A stretch of DNA of 64,000 nt from Octopus vulgaris (lineage: Eukaryota), in the NCBI GenBank assembly GCA_951406725.2, contig OX597817.1, forward strand, positions 107,508,001-107,572,000. Reading direction: 5' to 3'. The position numbers were made by a program, and so were the translations under genes. The notes below the pieces were generated by a model. That model was not told the origin of the DNA. It made no database searches and saw only the letters and a program-made list of their open reading frames with translations. Positions 54,067 to 64,000 of this stretch are shown here, in pieces (the first letter of the stretch is position 1; each line of letters begins with the position of its first letter).

Positions 54067-55767
54067 GTAACTCACTTTCCATCATTTTTCTCTCGTTTTT
54101 CTTTTCTTCTCTAATCCTTCTCAATTTATTTTTATCTCTAATAATGATAATAATAATAATAATAATTTCTTTTATAGTTTCTCTCTTTCTCTAAATATTT
54201 TCGTTTCTGTTCACTCTTGACATTTTGATCTGACATTTCTAACTGTTTTCTAAATTATCCTGTTTGCTTTAACCTTAACCTCTTGCCACAACTTTAGAGC
54301 TGTTTATATCATAACAATCCACTATTAACCACGTATGGAAATAAATTATTTCAATTTCGAATTCCGTTCGCTTGTTCGCTGTTTTCACCATCCCTATTTA
54401 ATGTATCGTCTGCCAACTATGTCACAGTCATTGTTATTATTTTTAACCATTATTTTTCTATTAACCGAGCCCTATCCCTTGAATCAGTCTAACAAGGTAC
54501 CTAGTTTAGTTTCTCTTTTTGTTCAAGATCTCGGGATTGGGTTCCCATTCTTTCAGTTTGCATCGCTAAAACCAAGCTTGTTTTACTTTAACTACTACTA
54601 CCACTACAATCTCATCAATCATCATCATCATCATCCCCATCATGATGTTCTATGTTTGTTAATGTTTTTATGTTATTTTGACAAATAGTACATTGTTTTT
54701 ACAATTGATCTTTTCTTAATTCCGTTTAGTAATTTTCCACCTTCACATGTGTTACATCTGTTTATCCATGTGTTTTATTTTTCGACTGATAAATTGAGAA
54801 TGAGTATATCTTTCTCCGAGTAGAACTTAGAATCCGTCTTATAACCTGATGTGGTGATAGCTCCTCTCTTTATCTCTCTCTCACTCCGTTTAAATTCTGC
54901 TGTGATGCTCATCAGTATGGTTGTTGTCTTTCTCATGTCTGCATATATTAATGAATAAAAATAACTCCTTGGTTCATTTAACAACGAGTTCACTCCCACC
55001 ACTTCGACCCTAGGGCACTTGTATTCGCGCCTTCATCTATATCTGATATCTACATATACCTAAACCTTGTGTTCCTGAGAAACTACCATGTTCATGGTCT
55101 ATCTAGCATGGTATAGGTGATATAACGTGTATAAAATCTACACATATTTGCCAGAAATATATTTTTATGTCCCTTATCATTATCGTTTAAATGAACTATT
55201 TTATATTAGCTTCAGATTTATTATTATTTTTAAAAAAATGTATTTCATTTACTAAATACTCCTGTTTTCTTTAACCTCTTATTACATTTTCGTGTTTGTA
55301 AAATTTTGTAACGAACACTACCAAATTAGTCATACTCTTTTTTGGAAATTCCACTGCAAATGATTTTGATGAATTTAAAAGAAAGGTTTCCTCTCTGCAA
55401 TATTCAATCAAACACAATCAAATGAAGCATGTTCTTGTTTATCCCCAAGTCAGCTCTAACCTAGCGAACTTCTAATTAGAAGTATTCCGACCATGATCAT
55501 CCTCGCTTTTTAGATTTATATCTACCACTATACTATCCATTGTGTCTTTTTTCCAAGATAGTAAGATGTGATTTGAAGGATATTCGACTGCTATTTCTAG
55601 TAGCTGTATTGCTGGCTCGAAGTATGTTTATTACAGCCGGTAACTGAGCAATAATTTATCTTTATTTTTCTAACTTTTCCTTTCGATTTCTTTATTTCTT
55701 TGTGACATTTTCAGTGACGAGCATGTATACTTTTTCGTTTTCCACTTGGTTATAGAGATTTCTGTGG

Positions 55768-55804
<37 letters not shown>

Positions 55805-57363
55805 ATATAATAAAAAGTAATAATAATAATCTTGTGGAACATCTTATGCACCTTTAGATTATTTGCGTGTGTATTTAGTATTATATAGACTATAACATTG
55901 AAAGATTATAATCAATCTATCTATCTATCCACACACGTATATATGGATGTATATACTTGCTCACACACATCGTTCTTCACTGTTGTTTAAAAAAGACTGA
56001 AGATATCAGCTGTTACAGTCAGCGTTGTCAAGTGCGAACTCCTTCAAAGGAATTACCGGATCTCCATAGTCATACCAACTCTTCATTTGCAATTTAATTA
56101 ATTTTTTTTAATACTTCTTTTTTCTTTTCTACACAGACTGAAGTGCTATTATCAAAAATAATAAAAGAAACAGTATTCATATTGTTTTTTTTTTCTTTCT
56201 AATCAAAACTCTCTATTGTATACACTCGGTAATAATTCAACAGCAACTCTTTTGTTTTCTATTACCACTGCTGTTGATTCTACCACACTTATTTGCAGAG
56301 CGAAGAAAGAAATAATTCATAAAAAAAGATTAGTTTTCGAATAATTGAAGTCCAATATGCATGGTTTTGGTTCAACCTCGCCACAGACTATTTCCTTACA
56401 TATGTGTACATTAAAGCCTAGTTTCATTCAATAAAAAGCAAAATGCTATAGTTATTTTCCATTGTAATGAGATCGGCTTTTCCAGTTAGCCTCTTTTATC
56501 ATGAATTTAATTGTCCCTATCGCGAGAGTTCTTCGCTGGTCTATTGCTATTAAGGTTTCGCTTGAAAGATAATTATTGTATTGATGTTGGCTCAACTCAT
56601 TCTCGATACACGTGGCCTCTAGTAGTGTCCTCGGTCATCACGTCATTAAAAAAAAAAAAAAAGTATCTAAACACCTTTCGGTTGCTTTTGATCTCTACTT
56701 TCGAATTCTAGTTTTGTTGTTTTAAAATAGGACGTGTATGAAACAATGCGATTCGTAAGTTATATAAAATAATAGAATATTTCACAAGTAATATTACCGA
56801 ATTATTTCAAAAATTCACTTAAAAAATTCAATATTGAAACAAAAACTTAAAGCAGTACACACTTCATATTAATCTAGGAAAAAAATTTAACATTTTTATT
56901 TTATAATACACACTCCCACCCCCACACAGGCTAAATATATTTTATGAATTCATATTACTCCAGAGTCCCTCCACAGTCCTCTATGCTTTTGTCCTGTTTC
57001 TCTGTCGGATCCTCTGAACAATGCTGAATCACATCTTACTCAACAAATCCCATCATAGTCTCGGGTTATTGGTTCATCGGTCAAATTTTCTGCCAATAAT
57101 TTTATTGAGAACTTCAATGTAATTCATTTGTAAATACTGTTAAGAAAGCACAATAAGGCTTTCGACAATATATATATTATTAGTTAGCTCTCTGGCTTTA
57201 TAATTATATCACTATATTTATATTCGTTTTAAAGGTTTTGATTAGCTTTGTTGAACCTTCTCTTCAGCTTCTGCTGTAAGAAAAGAAAAAGTATCTTCTA
57301 CCATAGCCTTGGACCGAAGTCTTGTGAGTGGATTTTGTAGACGGAAACTGAAAGAAGCTTGTC

Positions 57364-57393
<30 letters not shown>

Positions 57394-57396
<3 letters not shown>

Positions 57397-57643
57397 GGGA
57401 TGGCAAAGGAATAAACGATTATCTTACGAACTTCATTAGCTTACAGTTGTTTCAGTTATAGATGTAGTGGACTCATAGTTGAGTGCCTGAGTAACACACT
57501 AGTTTCATTGGAGCCTTGAATATGAAGTGACCTCTAAGGTGTTACTCAGGCACTGAACTTTGAGTTTATTGCATCGTATAACAGAAATAGCTGTAAGCTA
57601 ATGAAGTTCGTAAGATAATCACTTATTCTTTTGTCATTTCATT
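57394..57643. repeat. Inverted repeat with arms of about 104 bp and hammerhead 3' halves, next to (TA)n
   Basis: Arms 57394-57497 and 57539-57643; GAAATAGCTGTA at 57584-57595 and TACAGTTGTTTC in the left arm. Confidence 0.9.
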
Positions 57644-59249
57644 TCTTGTTAATGCTCTGTACTTAACTAATGCTTTGTTTTGAAGCATATGTGTATTGAG
57701 TTCTACACCAGATTATCAGTCTTACTATGCCTAAGCAATATATGTTTGTGTGTGTGTGTGTGTATATATATGTTTATGCTCTTTGATTCCAATTCAATTT
57801 TTAGCACACAACCAATCATTCCTTGACTACTCTTCTGTAACACAATTTTTTTTCATCATTCCTTTTTGTTACAAATAGTTTGGCTGAAAAAGAAAATCAG
57901 CAAGCTTATCCTCTATGACTCCAGAATATAAATATTTATTGCTAAGTACCTAAAGTGATCTTCTGAGTAAATGAGATGTCAGATTACAGATATACTGAAA
58001 CTGTTTTGTTGTTTATGGCATTTATTTGATGTTCACCTAATAATAAAAAATCATCTAGGAATTATGTCTATGATAGATTGGCATCTTATCCAGCAGAAAT
58101 TTAATTATCATCTTTAACTATGAAAAGAAAAGGCACTTGTAGAATTTAAGAAACAAAAGTGTAAGATTTCCCTCTCTTTAGCAATAACCTATTTTGATTA
58201 TGTGGAATCACCAGCATATCTCAAAATTCAACACCTGAAATGACTCTCAAGTATCTTTTGTTAATCACCTGCTAAACCTATTGAATAATTTTTTGTTTCT
58301 ACTATAACCAACATATATTTCTTTACATGACTGAAGATAATGCAAAATCATCACTCCCTCTACACATGGTTCTGGGTTCAGACCCACTGCATGACACCCA
58401 GTCTTCTACTATAGTCTCAAACCAACTGAAGCCTTGTAAGTGAATTTTGGTGGATGGAAACTGAAAGAGACCCATCATATATATATATATATATATATGT
58501 GTGTATTTGTGTTTGTCCCCCCCACTGCTTGACAACTGGTGTTGGTTTGTTTACATCCTCTGTAATGTGGTCTGTTGAAAGAGACCGATAGAATAAGGAC
58601 CAGGCTTTTTCTCACACTAGCCACATGCCCAGTCCTTCTTCCCTAGAAAATTGGTTGTCTGGAATTCCCTTCCTACCCATGTTTTTCCTGTGACCATTGA
58701 CTTGTAAGTCTTCAGAAGAAACTTGCATATTTCACAGGTTTTCACTGAGGTCATTAGAACAGCCCCCCGCCAGATTAAACCAATACATAACTAAAAATAT
58801 GGAGGCAATCAACATATTGTAAATAACAGATAATTCAGTTCTGAAATAGCTGGTAGTGTTTGACAATGACCACATAAAATTTCTTCAAGGTTACTGCTAA
58901 CATATCTGAGAAGGTGCATAAACCATAGTTCTTTTATCACTTTTCTGAATTTACTAATTGCATATTGCCTCTTAAATTTATTTAATGCTCTTGCAATACT
59001 CCTCTGAGAGGTACTTTTTAGACACCATTCTAAAACATTGCTCAATCCCTTCTCTTCCAAAATTACATGCTTTTACAATTCTTTTATTGTAGTTGTTCTC
59101 TATATGCAGAATCACCAACATAAAATTCCTCAAATGCAAAGAGCTTTTAAAAATGCCCTTCCTCCTTTTTTGGATTTACAAAAATATTTTTAAAAATTAA
59201 AGAAAGGAATAAATTACTTCCACTAGTGATCTTTGTTTATATATATGAG

Positions 59250-59461
59250 TTTCAAATTTTGGCACAGGGCCAGCTATTTCGGGGGATGGGCTAAGTTGAT
59301 TACATCAATCCCATTAATCAACTGGTACTTATTTTATCAATCTTGAAAAGATGAAAGACAAAGTTGACCTCTGCAGAATTTGAACTCAGAACGTAAACAT
59401 GGACGAAATGCCGCCAAGCATTTTCCACAGCATGCTAACGGTTCTGCCAGCTCTCCGCCTT
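59250..59461 (-). mobile_element. SINE family B
   Basis: GGCACAGGGCCAGC..GATGAAAGACAAAGTTGACCTC..CTGCCAGCTCTCCGCCTT. Confidence 0.8.
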
Positions 59462-60989
59462 TTTATTTATATCAAACACTGTATCAAATTATTAAATTTT
59501 CCATGACTATTTGTCTGCTGTTATGGTTTTAGTAATTTGCCAATTTATATAATGAGAATGTATCTCTCTCTTTGTTGCTCTTTTCATGAACTGATTGTTT
59601 TATGTAGTTATGTGTTATTATATATTTATGAGGAATGTGTTCTCTGCTGAGTGATTTATATGCTTTCAGAAATTTTATTTTTTGAATTTCTTATACAGGA
59701 AAATGTCAATCTTTAGAGATGTTCATTGTTGTTTTATTTACTTGCCCAGATCTTTATTGTATTGCAAATACAAATACAGACATGAGTCACTTATCTTTAT
59801 AGAAGTAGTTGGCTATTTATTGTTTGTGTTTGTCTGGCCGCATGTCAGTTTTGATTTGGCACAAGATTTGACATAAGGCATTCCAGTCATACCTCTCAAG
59901 TTTTTTTAGGATCACATTATCATCCAATGTATGGTTCCTTCCTTTTAATCCTTCCGTTACCATATCCATGTTGAAATACACTGCTTTAGTTTCAATTAAT
60001 TTTTAAAATAAAGAAGAATGTAGTAAAATAATTTTGTCATTATTAAGCTAGTGTTTGGAACTTTAGTTAACATGGAATATTGATGGAAAGTTTTAATTTA
60101 GTTCACTTGAAAACAGGGAGATTATATCATAGAACCAGGGGTGGTTTCAGGCTGGTTAGGGAGATTTGACTGTATTCTGAGCATGTTGAGCAACCATGTA
60201 GATGTTCTTTCATTGCCTTGTGATTAGACTGAAGTTGTGCTGTAGTGATTTCTGTTTGCAATTTAAGTTTGCAAACCAGTTCAGTTCACAATTTGTAACC
60301 ACTTTATTATTGCTTTCAGAAACAGGATAAGCCAACATTTCTTTTTTCCTGTAATTCTGAAGCATGAACTCTAGATAACATATCATTTATTTCTCTAGTA
60401 TTTTGACCTTTTTTTGTTGTTGGAGACTATGGTGCCTACTTTATCCAGGAGTGCAAGGCCCTTATACATCCTTGTATTCACAGCAAATGACATAGAAGAA
60501 TCAGAGATGCCAGATGAGATGTTAAATAAATGATCTACTGCACTATCAGTGCCAATAAGCTGAAAGCTGGGAAGTTCTCTCTCAAGTAATGATTTCAACT
60601 GTTGAATCAACTAACTCTATGACAAATGTAAGTTGAAACATACTGGCAGCAATTTTCTGTAAACATAAAAAAATACAAGCTACTTGTTTAATTATTTTAG
60701 ATTGTTAGCATATTGGATTCTTATCAGAAGTTACATTTTCTATTGCATATATTTTGTTTTATATAACACACAGAGAATAGCATTTTTTTGTCTTTGGTTT
60801 TGACTTTTTAAGCATTAGCTACTAAAATGTGTGACAAATTAGGATTCTGTATAGCTTAATGTGGATTGCTATTGATAGAAAATTTAAGAAATCTTTTTTT
60901 TTATTCTGGTTTTGTGTTAAGATAATAATAAGTTGCTTTTTCTAATTCCGAATAAGAATAATGATATCGTATATATTTGTATGTGTATG

Positions 60990-61031
<42 letters not shown>

Positions 61032-61099
61032 CTAAATAAAATAAGATAGCAAGGCCAAGGCATTGTGATATTTCTAGGATATTTATAATGAGAAAGGTG

Positions 61100-61147
61100 G
61101 TCTTACAGCTGTTTCAGGGAAATAAATAATATTCCATCAACAGAGAT
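61100..61147 (-). ncRNA. Degenerate minimal hammerhead motif
   Basis: Reverse complement TCT-CTGTTGA-TGGAA..TTCCCT-GAAACAGCTGTA-AGA; one core substitution (CUGUUGA). Confidence 0.55.
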
Positions 61148-62267
61148 GAGTTAAGAGAGTAAGGCACCTTGGACAATTGTCTTCTACTATAGTCCCATGT
61201 TGGCCAAAGCCTTTTAAGTGGATTTTGTATGGAAGCTGAAAGCAGCCTGTTGTGTGGGTGTGTATGCCATAAGGTCTGCAAATCTAACGAAGACCTCAAA
61301 AGACATTTTAAGATCCACAAAGATCGGAACTTAACTGCAGCTCAAGGTGGTCCAAATCATATATGCAATCTACTTGGGTGTCTTTTCAGTATATTGTCTG
61401 GTATAAAAAAACCACATAAGATGCCATGATGGAGCTAAGGTGTAAGTACAAGAGGTGGTCAGACTCTGCATAGGGAGTAGACAACCACCAATATATGTAT
61501 GGATATATATTGTGTGTGCATGTGTATCTTTGTGTTTATTTCCGACCACTATTTGACAACTGGTATTGGTTTGTTTACATCCCTGCAGCACAGGTGCGTT
61601 AACACAGCATTGGCACCGGTGCTTTTTAAGGTTACACGCACATATAATTTAGCTGTTTCTCTGTAGATAGAAAAGCATGAACAATCTTAATTGATTTTCA
61701 GATATTATTAGACCCTCATCAGAAGAATTTACACCAATTTGACCAATCTCAGACAAACAAGCTGCTAATCTGTTTATATACTCACCAGTTGCAGCAGCTA
61801 CTGAAAACAGGAGTTACTAATTTGCATACCATTTAACACATTATTTAATATAAGGGGTTTGTCAATGGGGATCTCTGTCCACACAGCATTGAGATATATA
61901 TGTTACTTATCTAGTAGATATATAAACAGGGCTATTTTAGTTACTTCTCCATAGATTGTAAAATAATGAAAATATTGATTTTCAAATCTTAGTTGATTCT
62001 CATCAGAGGTGTCTACATTTGACCAATATATCTGTACACATATGTATGTGTATAAGTATGAATATACATGTGTGTGTGTGTGTGTGTGTGTAGATATGTG
62101 TGTATGTATGTATGTATAGGAATATAGATATTTATATGTATGTGTGTGTGTGTGTGTGTATATATATATACATATACACACAAAAATATATATCTCTATT
62201 TTTACACACACACATAGATACGTGTGTATAGGAATATAGATATTTATTTATATATGTGTGTATATAT

Positions 62268-64000
62268 CATCATCATCATCATTGTTAAACGTCTGCTTTC
62301 CATGCTGGCATGGGTTGGATGGTTTGACTGAGGACTGGTGAGCCAGATGGCTGCACCAAGCTCCAATCTGATCTGGCAGAGTTTCTACAGCTGGATGCCA
62401 TTCCTAACACCAACCACTCTGAGAGTGTAGTGGGTGCTTTTGCATACTACTGGCACGAGGGCTAGTCAGATTGTGCTGGCATTGGCCACGCTCAAATGGT
62501 ATTTTTTTACATGCCACCTGCACAGGAGCCAGTCCAGCGGCACTGGCAATGACCTCGCTCAAATGTTGTCTTTCATGTGTCTCCGACACAAATGCCAGTA
62601 AGGCAACACTGGTAACGATTACGCTTGAATGGTGCTTTTTACGTGCCACCGTCATGGGAGCCAGTCAGTGGCCTTGGTAACGATCACGCTCGGATGGTGC
62701 TCTTAGTGCTCCACTAGCACGGATGCCAATCAAGCAGTGGTGTCATCGAGTTTGATTTTGATTTCACTTGCCTCAACAGGTCTTCGCAAGCAGAGTTTAG
62801 TGTCCAATGAAGGAAAGGTATGCATAAGTGGGCTGGTTACACCCCTGGCATAGGCCATGGGTTATGGTCTCACTTAGCTTGCTGGGTCTTCTCAAGCACA
62901 GCATATTTCCAAAGGTTTTGGTCACTAGTCATTGCCTCGGTGAGGCCTAATGTTCGAAGGTTGTGCTTCACCACCTCATCCCAGGTCTTCCTGGGTCTAT
63001 CTCTTCCAGAGGTTCCCTCAACTGCTAAGGTGTAACACTTTTTCACACTGCTATCCTCATCCATTCTCACCACATGCCTATACCAGCGCAATCGTCTCTC
63101 TTGCACACCACATCTGATGCTTCATAGGTCCAACTTTTCTCTCAAGGCACTTACACTCTATCGAGTATGCACACTCACATTACACTTCCAGCAGAGCATA
63201 TTGGCTTCATTCCTTGCAAGCTTATGCATGTCCTCAGCAGTTACAGCCCATGTTTCACTGCCATGTAGCATGGCTGTTCATACACATGCGTCATACAGTC
63301 TACCTTTTACTCTGAGCGAGAGGCCCTTTGTCACCAGCAGAGGTAAGAGCTCTCTGAACTTTGCCCAGGCTATTCTTATTCTAGCAGCTACACTTTCAGA
63401 GCACCCCCAACCCCCCGCTACTGACTTGGTCACCTAGGTAATGGAAGCTATCAACTACTTCTAGTTTTTCTCCCTGGAATGTGGCAGAAGTTGTTCACTG
63501 CGCATTTTCAGTGTTTATTGCTCTTGAGCATCTGCCACATACAAAAACTATCTTCCCAGTTAGCCTTCCTTTGATATTGCTGCACCTCTTATGTGTCCAT
63601 AGCTTACACTGGGTACATCTTATAGAGTTTCTACCTATGCCTTTTCTACAGATCGAGCAGGGCCATCTACTTGAAGGGATTTGTGGTTTGCCTGCCTTCC
63701 TACTTATTAGGACTTTGGTTTTAGCTAGGTTGGCTGTAAGGCCCTTCGATACTAATCCTTGCTTCTACACCTGAAACTTCTCCTGTAATTCTGATAGTGA
63801 CTCAGCATTTAGAGCAAGCTCATCAGTATAGAGAAGTTCCCAGGGGCATCTTGTCTTGAATTCCTCTGTTATTGCCTGGAGGTCTATGATAAATAGGAGG
63901 GGCTGAGGACTGAACCTTGATAGACCCCTACTTCTACCTGAAATTCTTCAGTGTACTCATTGCCAACCCTCACCTTACTGACAGCATCCCTGTACATGGC
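62268..64000 (-). mobile_element. RTE-clade LINE, 3' portion (runs off the window)
   Basis: VGVYQGSVLSPLLFII, WELLYTDELAL, RRLRWYRHVVRMDE..VEGTSGRDRPRKTWDEVVK; 3' UTR with repeats of about 65 bp; (GAT)n tail. Confidence 0.93.

Noticed and set aside
53673-54194. 173-aa ORF with poly-Ala at the candidate promoter
   Set aside because: GTG start, built from simple repeats, and reads through the splice donor; more likely UTR and intron.
58780-59160. Minus-strand peptides loosely like an integrase zinc-finger region (KRIVKACNFGREGIEQCFRMVSKKY)
   Set aside because: Catalytic motifs are not recognisable; a profile search is needed.
60395-60630. Protein-like 71-aa - strand ORF, or a + strand exon bounded by AG and GTAAGT
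   Set aside because: No recognisable homology and the two readings conflict; cannot be supported without RNA data.
61775-61815. 15-nt - strand microexon-like pattern (TTTTCAG|TAGCTGCTGCAACTG|GTGAGT)
   Set aside because: Isolated, opposite to the inferred host transcript, and expected by chance in 64 kb.

Overview
AT-rich, microsatellite-laden eukaryotic DNA. The SINE families and composition match what I recognise from octopus (coleoid cephalopod) genomes; this is an inference. No intact host protein-coding exon could be supported, and most ORFs in the track are microsatellite artefacts. The window is a transposon graveyard: a decayed Helitron Rep/PIF1 (about 4.3-8.6 kb), a decayed hAT transposase (about 17.9-20.0 kb), several mariner copies and MITEs, a Penelope-like element (27.7-29.4 kb), a probable solo LTR, a Ty3/Gypsy element lacking RNase H (34.5-39.0 kb), RTE and CR1/Jockey LINE fragments, and three tRNA-derived SINE families. 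A CpG-rich promoter with a probable non-coding first exon lies at about 53.6-54.07 kb. The most interesting signal is a dispersed set of type I hammerhead ribozyme motifs with palindromic stem III, mostly in fold-back insertions next to (TA)n tracts. These include two in the Penelope inverted termini and one in a perfect 76-bp hairpin. Also notable are a covarying pseudoknot in another repeat family, a hairpin with a strong G-U substitution bias, and a perfect 365-bp inverted duplication. Coordinates were read by eye and boundaries of decayed elements are approximate.
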